Position numbers and translations under genes: made by a program
In this document: positions 38,270 through 51,634 of the stretch, in pieces
Layout of the letters: the number at the start of each line of letters is the position of its first letter
Position numbering within the stretch: position 1 is the stretch's first letter
The notes under the pieces: generated by a model
The model's database searches: none
Told to the model about the DNA's origin: nothing
Seen by the model: the letters and a program-made list of their open reading frames with translations, nothing else
Source: Pavona decussata
Taxonomy: Eukaryota
Reading direction: 5' to 3'
DNA: 64,000 nucleotides
NCBI GenBank assembly: GCA_977016875.1
Contig: CDRNST010000323.1
Coordinates: forward strand, 434,001 to 498,000

Positions 38270-38800
38270 AGCACAAAAAAGGCTGGAGTGTTGTACAAAA
38301 TTCCATGCAGCCAATGCGAAAAGATATATATGGGTGAAACAGGGAGACAGCTGTGAACCAGGATCACAGAACACAGAAAGGAAGCAGAAAAGATCTCTAA
38401 CAGAAATTGCACAAGAACCACACGCAGAGCTTCTAGCAATGAACACCATAAATCAGCCATAACAGACCACGTTTGTCAGACTAATCATATTATGAATTGG
38501 GAAGCAAGTGAAATAGTTGAGCAGGAAAGCGACAAGTTTAAGCGATGGATTAAGGAAAGCATATGTATAAGATCGAACACTCCTACTATGAACAGTGACG
38601 ACGGAGCCTATCAGCTTTCTCCCATATGGACACAAGTGATCTCCACTCCCAAACCAGGGGGGAGGGGGTGTCTACAGAGTGACTTTGCGCATTTATCGCA
38701 ATAATTAACACCTTCAGAAGCCTATTTAAGGCTTCTGACACTTTTCATGTTTTTCAAGTTTTGATAAAGATGGCTGACAGTCATCGAAACTGTCATTATT
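38270..38800 (+). mobile_element. Penelope-like element 3' end: GIY-YIG endonuclease and pseudo-LTR
   Basis: GVLYKIPCSQCEKIYMGETGRQL*TRITEH...SAITDHV...MNWE...RWIKESICIR...MNSDDGAYQLSPIW; hairpin around TATTTAA at 38714-38738. Confidence 0.85.
38758..38797 (+). ncRNA. Degenerate minimal hammerhead ribozyme motif of the Penelope pLTR
   Basis: TTGATAA-A-GATGGC-TGACA-GTCATC-GAAA-CTGTC; the core departs from CTGANGA at two positions. Confidence 0.5.
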
Positions 38801-38846
38801 AATAAGACGTTAATATAAGACTGGCTATGTTGTAAGAACATTTAAA

Positions 38847-39655
38847 TCAACTGAAGTGAAGAGACAAGAGCCACCAAACTGTTCGCTGCAGCGAAACTGG
38901 ATTGGAATCACCAAATTCTCCTGTCTCAAAGAGAGCATCTTCTTCATCGTCTTCGAGTACCATGGCAGCTTGTGGTTTGTTACCTTTACCGGGTTCATGA
39001 AAAAGCGACTTGCGTTTCGCAGAGAGAACTTTCCTCGACTTTTCAAAATCCTTGTCCTTCAATATGTTAACTGAAGAACCTTTCTCACTTAAATATCTTT
39101 GGATACTTCGTTGAAAACCAGATATGGTATCTGGTTCGTATTCTTCTCCATTTTTCTTACCGATATTCATGAAAAACTTGCACAAGAGGTGGTCAAGTTC
39201 GGACGCAGGTAAGCTTTCGACATTCCATCTCATGCCAATTTTTTCCATGTAGCGGGAGAGAGTGTTCATGTCCGTCATAGTCTTCTTTGTAGTGTTGGCA
39301 CTTTTCTGCTTCTTAATAAAACCTATTTTTCTGGCTCTCGCTTATGCGGTTTGCCTCGATGCTCGTCTCATCCAACACTTGGCGAGTGTTCGAATTCTTC
39401 GTCGTCTTCCATGTGGTCAGTGAGACTTAATCTTAGGAACAGTTACTTTTTAAAATTATATTTTGCTTTTACCAACGATTTTAACACATTTGGTTTTACT
39501 TTTTGTTTTTTGTGCGGTTTTGAATTTCCCGGGAGAGAAAAAAAATACACAAACGGACCGTTTCCATGGTAATGGTCCGTACTGTAAAATCCGGACCAAA
39601 AACTAGCCAATGGGACCGCACCATTTGACCTAAGAATTGCTTGCCATATAATAAA
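38847..39655 (-). mobile_element. CryptonA-type element fragment (DUF3504/ZMYM-QRICH1-KCTD1-like tyrosine recombinase N-half)
   Basis: SANTTKKT..D...LDHLLCKFF....KKNGEEYEPDTI....RSIQRYL...F..SRKVL.AKRK.L...GKGNKP.AA..L...EE..LF..GEFG..NP.SLQRTVWW; truncated before the catalytic R. Confidence 0.85.
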
Positions 39656-39980
39656 GAATTATCTGAAATAAAAATAAAAAAAATTCAAACAATGATGCTT
39701 AGTATGTTCAAAAAAAGTCATTCTATTTACATTGTCAGCATGAATTCCTCTGTTATTAAGGGATCTAACTCTTGCAACTCATGTTTAATGCCACAGTGTG
39801 CAGCAGTTCACTTCACGCCTAAGAAAATAAGTGTATCAAAAGTGCACATGATCAATAATCCTAATGCATGAACTACCTGTACTGCTCATAATACCTAGGT
39901 AAAACTCACATACTGTACATATCAAAATGAAAGATTGAGTCCTTCAGAAATGAATTATATAAATTGTGGAAGATACCTAT

Positions 39981-40233
39981 TGTCATGTGGGTATAAGGGT
40001 AGTAATAATAGTGTCGGTTTAGTAATGAAAGGCGAAGATAAACGGTACAGACAAGAATCAGAACTCAAACAACAATCAGAAAATGTATTCAATATGGCGA
40101 CCGCATTACAAAGGTTCTTGCCATGTGACTTGCGCGCGCATACATTGTTAACAAAGATCGCATGACAGATTAGGCAACAATAACCAAACAAAAAATAAGA
40201 TTAAAGTTCAAGACAAGTCAAGTCTATTCAACA
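39981..40233 (-). repeat. 3' LTR of BEL/Pao element 2
   Basis: Near-identical to 50421-50675. Confidence 0.97.
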
Positions 40234-43200
40234 TCCTCCGGGGGCGCGCAGATGCATCTCGCCCAATTTGAGATTCTCCTCATAGCCTCAGTAGTTGCAG
40301 CTCGTCTCGGTCTAGTGGGCGGAACTGCGGCAGGTTGCTGTTCAGGACAGTCATGCGACGCAACACTAGGGACAGTGGTAGTTGTGGTGATTTCAAGTGG
40401 GTACAGTTTACTCACTGGTCGGTTGGTGTACGCGGTACTTGTGCAAATGTGCGCTGCCCGGACAAGGCCATCATTTCCCCTAATCAGATTCTCTATAACA
40501 GCTAGCTTCCAGGTTGACCTAGGACCCTCGTTATGGACCAACACAACGTCTCCTGACTTGATCGACTGCTCATTGGTCCCAGTTGTTCTGTGGAATTCAC
40601 GAAGAGAGGTAAGGTACTCGTGTCTCCATCTGCTCCAGAAACGTTCGAGGATACGGGCTTGTGTTGTTACACGTTGCCTCGTGTCAGATGCACTTCCATA
40701 GTTGGGATCAGATGGATCATCGTCAGCAACAGGGTAGGGCAATGAGGTAATTCTTCTCCTGTGTAGAAGATGTGAGGGTGTTAATGGTTCTTCGTCTGCA
40801 GAATCGCTGGATACATAGGTGATAGGGCGATCATTTAGAATGGCTTTCACTTCAACGGTGAGTGTTTGGAGCTCTGTTAGTGTGACAGATGTCTTGCCAA
40901 GTGTCTTCTTTATGGCTCTCTTTGTCAGTCCGATGAGTCGTTCCCAGAAGCCTCCGTACCAGGGGGCACGTTTAGGGATAAACTTCCACTCAACACCTTG
41001 TCGGCTGAACAGTTCCTTTAGTGAAGGAGATTGGAATAGCTCATTGAGTGTTTCTGCAGAAGCGAGGTAGGTAGAGGCATTGTCAGATATCAGTTGATGT
41101 GGAAGAGATCTGCGACTTGAGAATCGCCGGAAGGCTTGAAGAAAACTTTTCTCTGAGAGGTCACTGACTACTTCCAAATGTACTGCCCTGGTGAGAGCGC
41201 AGGTGAAGAGCCAGATGTAGCTCTTGGTAACGCCATTTTCTGATCGCACATAAAGGGGTCCCATGAAGTCTACTCCAGTTACTGAAAACGGTGTCGCTTC
41301 TTGGACTCTCAGTTTGGGTAAGGGCGCAGGATCCGGAGCTCTGAAGGCTGTTCCTTCCACCTTGCGACAAGTCACACAGTGGCGAAGAAGCTTCCTTACA
41401 TACTGGCGTGCTGCAGTTATCCAGAAGTTTTGGCGTAGCGACGTCACTACCGCGTTGACACCAGAGTGGAGTTGCTTCCTGTTGGCTTCGTATACGACCA
41501 GTGCTGTGAAAGGGTGGTTGGGCGGAAGCAGGTAGGGAAATTTTGCTGAATCCGTAAGCGGAGCATTATGTATCCTCCCCCCACAATGAAGAAAGCAGTC
41601 AGCGTTGAGGAACAAGCGAAGCTGTCTCACTAAGGTTAGACGAGTACTTGAATTGGACCGTAGATTAGCAATCTCATCTGCATAAATTAGCGCTTGAGAG
41701 TTCTGGATCCATTTGCATTGGGCTGTTTTCCTCTCTTGGACAGATGGTGGACCCACTGTTTTTGCTGCAGGGTTTTGCAAGTTCTTCACAAACCGTAGAA
41801 CGTATGCTGTCACAGCGAGCAAGCTGGAGAGAGTGCTAAATCTGGACACATCAATGAGATTGTGGATGCCTGGCTGCTTCTCCACTAGATCTGTCTGAGT
41901 AGTACCATCGGTCATGGTTACTGTATTGTTGACTGCGGTGTCAGTGTCTTCCACATGAGTGATATTGGAGAGTTGCAGATGAAGAGTCGTTGAGTAATTC
42001 CAAGATGGCCATTGCTCGACGAATGGTAACCATTAGGGACCATGTAGCCAAAGAGAGGAAGTGCGAAGCTGTGTGGCATTGATCCCACGAGTAAGCATGT
42101 CAGCAGGATTGTCATGAGTTGGACAATGACTCCAGACAGTAACAGGGAACAGCTTCTTGATCTCTTGGGTGCGGTTTGCCGTAAACTGCTTTAGGGGTTT
42201 CGCGCTGTGTAACCAGTGGAGGACTATCTCGCTGTCGGACCACAACTTGACTGTAAGGTTGGGAAATCTTGAATGGGAGGCTCCTGATACAAAGTGGGCT
42301 AGTCTTGCACAGATCGATGCAGCCATGAGTTCTAACTGGGGAAGTGTCAGTTCCTTCAAAGGGGCGACACGCGACTTCGACATGACGAATGAGGAATGGT
42401 GATCATTAGAGATGAAGGCGACTGCTCCATATGCCTTGGGGCTGGCGTCAGCAAACACATGTAGGTAGATGGGTTGTGCTTCGGTCTGCATTTGTGGGAA
42501 GAAGCACCTTGGCAAGACAAGTTTGTTAGCCTCTTGAATATCTCGGGCAATATCATTCCACTTGGCTTCGAGGTCTGCCGGAAGTGGTTCGTCCCATTCA
42601 AGTTTCCTCTGCCATCAGGAGTTTGGCCTTCACGGTTACAGGAGATAAGTGACCCAAAGGATCATAGATTCTTGAGGAGAGTTGTAACACATCACGTTTG
42701 GAGACAGGTCGACTTGATTGAGGGGCTATTTCCTTAGGAGCAAGATAGAGGGTATCATGGAATGGATCCCATCGCAAACCAAGAATGTTTACAACAGTGT
42801 TTGTGTCCGCTGTTTGATCCTTCTTGGTTTGTTCACAAAGTAATGGGCTATTTGATGCCCACGAGCGCAAGTTAAACTTGGCTGCGGACATGATGGATCT
42901 TGACTCTTGGTAATAGTGTAAGATGTCAGTTTCATGGTCACATCCTGAAATGACATTGTCCACATACATATTGTTCTTCATGTCCTTGGCCACAGGTGAG
43001 GTGTAGTTTTCCAGGTGATGATGCAGTGTAGCATGTAACATGAAGGGGGAACTTGTTGAACCAAACAGGACCGTCTTGAAACGAAAGACTTGAAATTCAC
43101 TTTCTGGATTGGTGGTGTCTGACAACCAGAAGAATCTGGTAAAGTCCCGGTCACCTTCGTCAAGACCGACATGGAGAAAGGCCTTCTCGATATCAGTGGA

Positions 43201-43368
43201 CAGGCCATAAGTGAAGGTACGAAATCTGATGATGATGGAGCACATATCAGTTAGGAATAGGGGGCCAACCACAAGACAGTCGTTCAAGCTTGGAGAGTTG
43301 GTTGAGGAACGGTAACTGCAATCGAAAACAACTCTGATGGGTGTGGTAGCTGACTCTTTCTTGACTGC
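40224..43368 (-). pseudogene. BEL/Pao pol (RT, RNase H, integrase, DUF5641-like tail)
   Basis: DIEKAFL, FGSTSSPF, YVDN, HVFADAS, TLPQLEL, H..H..C..C, GVDF.GP, SDNA, APWYGGFWERL, FWSRWRHEYL. Confidence 0.93.
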
Positions 43369-43578
43369 GGGTGCTTTCCATTATGCCAAAATTTCCGGAA
43401 ATTTCGGTCGAGAATTAAATGGAACGCTTCGGTCCTTGTGGAAATTTTCCGGTCAAAGTGGTCCACCTCAAAAGGTGGTCCTCTTTGACCACTGGGTCCG
43501 GTCCGACCGAAAATTGGCGTTCCATTTTCAGAAATTCTTGTTTCCAGTCCCGCTCTTCCTCACCACCCAGAAGCCAAA

Positions 43579-44474
43579 ATGGCAGATGGCAATGAAGTTA
43601 ATATGTACGAGTGCAGTATTTGTAAGTTTAGGACGCCAGATCTGAACAGTCTCCTCATGCATAGTTGCACACAAGGCTCAGGTACAGCACTGCACCTTTA
43701 TTTGTTATGTCTTTTGACTTCTATCAGTTTTTGAAGACAGATATACTACTGACTTTTCCGAATGTTGACATGTTTTCCCGCGTTTTTCTCTTTGCAGTAT
43801 GTGACCCTTACTGTTTTGATAGTCAATGCGAGCTGAATCCAACACCGTCCACTAGTTCGGCCCTGGAAAGATGGGAGGACAAACACGTGCGTTTGCTTAT
43901 TGCAAGCTACATGAAGTTCAAAGACGAATTTGGAAAGTCATCAAAGAAGAAGATTTTCGAAAAAATTGCCCAGGAGTTTAATCTGCACTCCGATCTGATT
44001 GTTACTGTCGATCAATGTTTAAGGAAATGGAAAAAGTTAGAGTCCAAACAGAAAGAAGTAGAGGACAACAACAGTAAAACAGGGAGAGCTAAGAAAACAT
44101 GGAAGTATTACCAAGAAATGGAGGAGTGTGTAGGTGAAAACCCAAACGTAAAGCCCGTATTCATTTATGAAGCCTCTAGTTCCTCGTCAATGAGTGGGTG
44201 TTCGTCACAGGTGAATGAAAATCTCAGCAGTTGTGACTCTGAAGATAGAGAAGGGGACGGAACTAATTCAAAGGGAAAAAGTCAGCAGAAAAGGGTGACA
44301 AGGAAGAGGAAATCCCGCTCCTCAGCAGCTGAAATGATTGAATTTTTAAAAGATTACAGCACGAAAAGGGAAAAGGTGGAGGAAGAAAAAATAAATATCC
44401 TTAAGTCCATGCAACAAGAAAAGAAGCAGTTTTTTGCAGATTATTTCTCCTATCTTAAAGATTCTAAGAAATAG
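43579..44474 (+). CDS. Harbinger Myb/SANT-like (trihelix) DNA-binding protein; exons 43579-43681 and 43798-44474
   Basis: MADGNEVNMYECSICKFRTPDLNSLLMHSC spliced in phase 1 to ...RWEDKHVRLLI...IFEKIA...QCLRKWKKL...NNSKTG...WKYYQEM, with a coiled-coil tail. Confidence 0.88.
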
Positions 44475-45822
44475 GACAATACTTTGTACAGTGACTGTAT
44501 TAAACTTTGTCTAAGTTTGTTTAAGCGAAGTCTTTCACGATCACAGAATCATGATTTAATGGGTTCCTTGGTGATCTCCACAATGTTGTGTTTTTCTTGT
44601 TATTAACCCATTTTTACAAAAATGTTTAAAATTCTGGTATTACAAGTAACCCAACCATTGTAATGAAAGTTTTTTTATAGCATTCAAAGGCAAGTATTTG
44701 AAGACACCTGAAATACATGTAAATGAACAGTCTATTCATATTAGGCCATGCCCATAAAGTGTTTTGTTTCCCTTCAACTCCAATTTAAAAGTGGGTCGGC
44801 TGGTCAAAACAAAACAAAAATAAAATAAATGTCACAACCAGGTGGGAGTCTGGGTCCAAGTAAAGGCTTCAAAAACACACATTAAATCCATATCTACAAT
44901 GATAATTACAGCAGGTAATATTAATCTTTGTTTAAGAAATAAATTTTATTGAAATACATTTGTTTTCGGGGAAGAAAGGATGTTGTGCCATTTAATTAAC
45001 TATTAAAAATGCAATTTTTGTCTTTTTTTTTTGGTCATTTGGGCGATAGGTAACAAAACTCTTTATAGGCCTAGCCTTAACAGTATAAAGAACAAAAATT
45101 TTAAACTAGACAACTGTTTATATTTAAATGGGCAGCCAAGAAGTGTGTGGCAGAAATTCCTAATTGATTTTTGTGAATTTGGCAATAATCAACAGGAAAA
45201 TGACTTACAGCATTTTACACCCTAATTTTACAGAATACTGTCTCCTGATACAGATAAAGCAATGAGACCTCTTAATCAGACAACTCTTTAATATGTTTAA
45301 AACAATAAAAGTCTTTCTAGCAACCTTCAAAAGAAAGGAAAATGGTCATACCAAAATATTCTACTCTGGCGTCACCTTGTGTTTGTCAAAATAAAATGAA
45401 ATTTATAACTGAAATTATGTTGTTTTTTCTGTCTTTTCTTCACTTGGTTTTCAATCTCTTCCTAGGATGCTAATCTGGCACACATCTGAGTATATTGCAA
45501 TCTGACTATACAAATAATAATTATTTGTATATGTATACACCCTGTGAGGGGAGCCTTTCTTTTGCTTACTCAATAAGGCAGAATCAAGTGAGCAAAAGAA
45601 AGGCTCTGCTCAATAAAAGAGGCCTTGGTTGCAAGGTGACATGTATAGTAGACTGAATGAACTCTAATTACACAAGGGACTTTGCTCATGATAGTATTGT
45701 TCTTCACTTCAAACAGCTGCATTTAGGAAACAGCAAAAGCAATATCCACTAAAATAACTTGCTCGTTCAGTAAAATAAAATATAATGTTTTAATGAAAAG
45801 GAAGACAATAGTCTGTTGTTGC

Positions 45823-47831
45823 TTAATGCAACATTCCCATGATGTGCAGCCTCTTTTGTTGAGCTCTCCTTAAGAGTGGGTGTGCCAAACCATGCCCTCC
45901 ATCATCATCATCATCATCATCGTCATCCTCGTCATCATCTTCATCCTGATCACCAAAGTATCCTTCATCAAAGTCATCATGAATCAAACAAAAATTGTGC
46001 AAGACACATGCTGAAATTATCATCAACACCATCAGTTCAATGTCTAAGTGATCAAGAAATGTCAGTTTCCTCCATCTTCCCTTTAGCAGCCGGATACACC
46101 TTTCCACTGTCTGTCGTACAGAGGAAAGTTTGTAATTGAATTGGCGTTGGTCTGCTGTCAAATGGCCATTGTCTCTAAATGGAGTCATTAGCCACCTGGA
46201 GAAAAGAAACTACAAATTTACAAACTAAATGCAGAGTGTTGAAAACTACACAAGATCAATCGATGAATCATTGGTGCATGTAAGAGGAGGGGGAGATGTC
46301 AGATTTTGATCATAAATTTTATAAGATGCCATTTGTTACAACACTGCAGTAAAAGTAGATTTTCCCTATACTGCTTCTTACTTGATATTTATTTTAAATG
46401 CACTGCATGTCTAGACATTTCTAAAATACAAGTCTGTAGGATGGTGAGATGCAAAGGCACAGCACTCTCAGTAGAGGACTACAGCTGTAGCTGTTTCAGT
46501 GGTATTCAATGCCTGCAAAATGGTTCTCCTTTACAAGACCAACTCTTTTCACTGGTTTTCTGTATAATTTAAGACAGAGAGAGGAGTGGTTTCACACATA
46601 CTAAAAGAAGTCTACCAGTCTGACAAACCCATTTGCCATTTGTGCATTTTACTTTTTACAGGGTATATTTTCCTGTTCATCATTAAAAAACATAGCCCAA
46701 CCGATATTTGTGAATAACTAAACTTACACATGCAAGGGATAACCTCCATCCCCTAATAGGTGAGTGTCATGGGGGAAGCGGTTGTCTGCTTCAAGGAAAA
46801 CTGAAGAATTTTGCAACACCCTGGAGTCATGAACAGACCCAGGCCAACCTGCTAGGACATCCAGTAAGACCATATTTTCATCACAAATGACCTGTGAATT
46901 GTTAAAGGAAATCTGGCATTAAGATAGTTCTAACAGCTAATTTGGAGCATTTTGCGGGCTTCTATTTGTTCACTAAGGTTAGAACTAACCTGTACATTTA
47001 GTGAATGAAATTTCTTTCGGCACACATAAACTTCTGGATGTTTTACTGGTGCTCTAATGGAAATGTGGGTACCATCAATCATTCCCATAACATTTGGAAT
47101 TCCACTTGCTTCTTCAACTGCAGCGGATATCTCCTGTCTGCGTTGAGCTTTGGTGTAAAACAATAACAAAGCATAATTGACTGTTTTTCTAAGTCCTCAG
47201 CATGTGAATTGAACCACAACACTTACATTAAAGTTTAAATGTAACGTGAAGGGACTTTAAGGAAAGTTAAAAAGTTAGTGGCAGGGTATTCTAATTTTAG
47301 CTACCAATTTGTTTTTTAAAACACTTTTTCAAAACATGTTCGTAATACTGAGGGTGATGGTCCGTGAACATAAGACTTACCGTCTGGCCATTTGATGTAG
47401 GTACCACATAGGTCAGTCAATCCACGAGAGCAACGTTTCAAAACCCTATGCAAACTGCTCAGGGTTATGTTAAATCTATCAGCTACTGATCGTGACGATT
47501 CTTGGTTTGCCATCATCCAAACGAAGGCGAGAACCTGTTTTTCAGGGGGAATATGTTCTCTCCCTCTATTGGTAATCAGAATGCGGTCCGTATTTATAAC
47601 TTCTCGGCAGAGTTGTTCAAATGAACCGCGTGAGAGTCTAAAATGGCTTTGAAATTCTCCAGGGGAATACATGTTCACTGTTGCTTCAAAATAACCAGCT
47701 ACTCTGTTTAGATTCCTACGCATAAAGCAACAAGCTGCACCCAAAATTGGAAAGTCTTCTTCTTCTTCTAACAAGTCAAGTAAGACTTCAGAGTCCTCAA
47801 ATTCGTGAAGAAGCAACACTTCGTCCGCCAT
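45823..47831 (-). CDS. Harbinger DDE transposase (HARBI1-like); exons 47831-47381, 47147-46990, 46891-46728, 46195-45823
   Basis: All GT-AG junctions are phase-compatible (1, 0, 2) with no stop. Motifs FQSHFRLSR, IDGTHI, RKKFHSLNVQ, GWPGSVHDSRV, LLGDGGYP, LMTPF, VERCI..LKGRWR, CVLHN. Confidence 0.92.
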
Positions 47832-47981
47832 AATGGTCGGAAAGAGAACGCGAGAGAATGGGAACGACATTGCCCAACAATCAATTCGGTCAGACCCTGG
47901 ATCGTTCGGACGCCGTTCCATTTTACCTTAGTCAGTCCCACTGGTCTGGGACCGGTCGGTTTGGTATAATGGAAAGCACCC

Positions 47982-50380
47982 TGCATGATGCGGTAAATAA
48001 TGTGCTCTATCCAGGCTAGTCACATTGTCAACCCTTTCAATAAATCCACACTTCTCGTGCTCTTCGATTATCTCGCCATAGGATCTGACGAGGTTGGGTG
48101 TCTGAGCAATGCGACGTACCATAGCGCGTGTACGGTGAGCGCAGTTACCATAGTTGGATGGTAGTGGGGGAGAATCTACTTTCCATGGAAATTTGGCATT
48201 GTAGCTGCCATCAGACATTCTTGTGATTGATGAACTCTGGAAGTGTTGTAGGAAGGATTCATGTTCATCCGTCTCTGAAGTTGGTGAGATGCCGAAAGAC
48301 TCCAAGGACCAGAAATGCTCAAGGTCATGTTCTACCTCCATTGTGGAAGACAGTGTTTGTAGCAGGTTGACAACGGTATCAGTGTGATTCACAGAGTTAG
48401 TCTGTAGTGGGCCAGAGACAAGGTAACCGAGTTTCGATTCTACAGCAGTTGGGCCTTGACCACGGATGACAGTGTCTTTCACTATGTCCCAATAGTGGTC
48501 CGCACCAATAAGGAGGGAGATCTCAAAGTTCTCGTCTGACGTCACAGGGTGAGTGAGTTGAAGACCCCTTAGGTGGGGTACGGTATGGAGCTGTTGACGG
48601 AAACGGTTCTGAAGTGGTGTGGCGATCTGTTCAAGGACAAGGACACGCAGTGGTATTTGCTCTCCACAAACGCTGACAATATTGATGTTGGCGACAGGTA
48701 AGTGTCTGCTGGATGATGAGTGTGCACCAAAGGCTGACAAGGCAATAGATTCTTTCTCAGTGTAACGTACGCCCAGTTGATTAGGTAGGGTCTGGGTGAT
48801 GAAGGAGCGTTGTGCACCCTCGTCGAAGAGGATGTTAGCCTCACAGTGAGTAAGGTCATGGCCAACAGTTGCTAGGGCGGTTTCCAGGAGTGCAAGTTGA
48901 CCATGGTTAACTGTACTGTTTGCTGGATTAATCGGGGCAAGAGAGGCATGTACTTGAGAGGGTAGTTCTCCTGTAGACGTTTGAGGACTGTGAGCAGGAG
49001 CAGTGCTCCTCATAGTCTGAGGGCTGGTGGGGGGATTGGTGGGACCCAAACAGAGGCTTGTGTGATGTTTTCCCTTACATTTATGGCAACGGAATCTTGA
49101 CTGGCACACGGAAGACTTATGGTTTCCAAGACAGTTGAAACAGTGTCCGAGAATCTTAACCCTTGCCCATCTCTCCCGAGGATCCGTGATTACTTGACAG
49201 TTGTAGGAGGGGTGGGGACCTTTGCAGTAGAGACAATTTTTGGGTGCTGGGTTATTCTGTTTCCCGGGATGTGGGTGTGTCCCTTGTGTTTGAGTGAGGA
49301 AAGAACCAGGAACTGTAGGGGAACCTCCATAGGGTGGGTCATTAAGTTGGACACCTGCTTCAAGGATTGGAATTTCCTTTACAATGGCTTCTCTCAGCTC
49401 CTGGAACTTCCATTCAGGGTTGTCATGTTCACGAGCTAAGTTCCTTCTCAACTCATGTGGTAGGTTTCCTAGGATAATTGGGACAAGGAGATCCCCGAAG
49501 GTTTCGTGTGACCTCCCAAGAGATTCCAGACCTCTGACATGATTCTCCATAGTGTCGTAAAACAGTTGCAGGCTTGATAGTTGATCGGTGGGGTTTGGTA
49601 TGTCTAGGAGAGCTTGCATGTGGGCACTAATTATCTTGCTGGGTTGCCCAAAACGTTCCTTGAGAAGTTTAATAGCCTGTTCATAATTATTGTTGCTAAG
49701 TGGGAAACCAGCTATGGCTCTTGAAGCATCCCCCACTAGTTGGGCCTTTAGGTAACTAAACTTCTGCACTCCCACCAGAGCAGTGTGGGAATGAACTGCT
49801 GCATCAAATGAGTCCCAAAATGTGAACCAGTTGAGGGGGTTGCCTTAGAAAGTAGGTAAATTTAGCTTGGGAAGACGGCTAGTGTGGTTAGCATTCACTT
49901 GAGGGACCAGTGGCGGTGACTGCGTGTTCAGGGGTGGTTGAGGGTTCAGTAGGGTTGTATTAGTTACAGAGGTACTTTCTTGAATCCCTGAAGAGCCAGT
50001 ATTTGTAGGGTCGAGTGGTACGAGTGTTGTTTCGTTGTTCGCCATTTGCGGAGATTCTTGGAGGGTAGCAGGGGAAGGAGACTGATTAGAATTCTTATCA
50101 GTTACCGTCAAGTGAATAAATCTACTTATCTGGCTGGATGTCTCTTGTATCTCATCATGAATTTCCTCCGTCTCAAAAATTTCCTGCTCGAGGTCTTTCG
50201 GTTCATCGATGAGGGCCGCGATTTTTTCATCAAGTGCCTTGAGGATGGAATTCTTCCATGTAAGTTGTTCAATGATGCTATTTAGCGAGGTGACATCCAT
50301 TTCGGTGGGTTTCTCCTTCTTCATAAGATCCTTTGCCTTGTTTAGGGTCTTCGTTAAATGAGCTCGATATCCCGCACGAG
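47982..50380 (-). pseudogene. BEL/Pao gag-protease-RT start
   Basis: LPKLNLPTF*GNPLNW..FWDSF, triple Cys/His knuckles, ILFDEGAQRSF, LLIGAD, HYLPHHA; one in-frame stop at 49845. Confidence 0.93.
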
Positions 50381-50420
50381 AAGAGATAAGTTTTGGTAGA
50401 GTTTGGTCTCGGCACCAAAA

Positions 50421-50675
50421 TGTCATGCGGGTATAAGGGTAGTAATAATAGTGTCGGTTTAGTAACGAAAGGCGAAGATAAACGGTACAGACAAGAATCA
50501 GAACTCCAACAACAATCAGAAAATGTATTCAATATGGCGACCGCATTACAAAGGTTCTTGCCATGTGACTTGCGCGCGCATACATTGTTAACAAAGATCG
50601 CATGACAGATTAGGCAACAATAACAAACAAAACAAAATAAGATGAAAGTTCAAGACAAGTCAAGTCTATTCAACA
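50421..50675 (-). repeat. 5' LTR of BEL/Pao element 2
   Basis: Near-identical to 39981-40233; PBS adjacent. Confidence 0.97.
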
Positions 50676-50825
50676 CCTATAGACATGATATGACCCTAAG
50701 GCCCCAATCCTTGCAGGCTGGGCTTAAGCACATAATTACAGAGAAAATTAAATAATTACTGTTTTCCACATTTGTGAATATAATTTTAATGATAATGAGA
50801 AATACACTGATAATAATTTCCCTAC

Positions 50826-51504
50826 CTGGACCAACTTCAAGTGAATACCTAAAAAAATTTCCAGCTGATGCTTGACGCAAGTATCCCCTGCAGTGCCTGA
50901 TGACGCCTTGCCAAAGAGTAAGTGGTGTTTTTGAAGTTATTGATTTTGTCAACAAGCTTTTTGAAATTATTGTGCTTTGCTTCAAGCCTCATCACCCAGT
51001 TCCTGACCAGTGGTCCTCTTCTGAAACACGAAGGCAAGTTTTACATGTAGTTGTACATAGACTGAAATCAGGTGACATGTCTTAAGGAACTTACTATTAA
51101 CAGTAATCAGAAGAAATCAATCCAAAAGTTAATAGTGTTAATAAGTTATTAAATGAAATTTATATCAAACAAAAAAGTGGGTATAATGGCAATCACCATT
51201 GCACACTTGTGAAAAATCATGTACAAGATGCACGACTGGCAATAAAAAGGCTTCATGTTTGGGTAATGAACCATGTTGTGGTGCTTTGGAATCAATGACC
51301 TAGTATGTAGCTCTTTGAATGCACCAAGGTATTGTTCAACAAGAACTGCCAGGTATGCTGCCAGCTGAGTGCTTGTCACTTGTGCAAATACAACGTCTTC
51401 AATTTTAAGGAGACAGAGAAAATTCTCCCATTGATCATCACCTTCTGGAATCAAGTCACCACTGAGAAGTGGGAACATTCTGGCCAGGCACCACATCTGT
51501 GCAG
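50826..51504 (-). pseudogene. CACTA/EnSpm-like transposase exons
   Basis: AQMWCLARMFPLL.GDLIPEGD..WE.FL.LL.I...IPKHHNMVHYP; GPLVRNWVMRLEAKH..FK.....NFKN...SLA.RHQ. BEL element 2 sits in the following intron. Confidence 0.85.
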
Positions 51505-51634
51505 CTAATATAAATAAGATATAATAAACTTATAGCATACCACACTTGGCTCTCGCAGTGGAAGGGCAATCCATATGAAATTAAAGTTATCACTAAACGA
51601 AAGTTAGGATTCGCACGTGTGGGCACTATAACTA

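Larger units (their letters stand above)
43369..47981. mobile_element. Apparently intact autonomous PIF/Harbinger DNA transposon
   Basis: TIRs GGGTGCTTTCCATTATGCCAAA / TTTGGTATAATGGAAAGCACCC, 3-bp TSD TGC duplicating the Ala codon of the host HHA|VKK motif, two convergent genes. Confidence 0.95.
39981..50675 (-). mobile_element. Full-length BEL/Pao LTR retrotransposon with nested Harbinger
   Basis: LTRs 39981-40233 and 50421-50675 (TG...CA), TSD CCTAT on both sides, PBS TGGTGCCGAGACC, PPT-position CCCCCGGAGGA. Gag-protease 50380-47982; RT/RH/IN 43368-40224 with a few stops and frameshifts. Confidence 0.97.

Noticed and set aside
38847-39278. Host ZMYM/QRICH1/KCTD1 gene
   Set aside because: It is intronless, truncated and surrounded by TE fragments; a Crypton remnant explains it better.
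39935-40191. Duplicated small ORFs here and at 50278-50605
   Set aside because: They lie within the two LTRs of BEL element 2 and are incidental frames.
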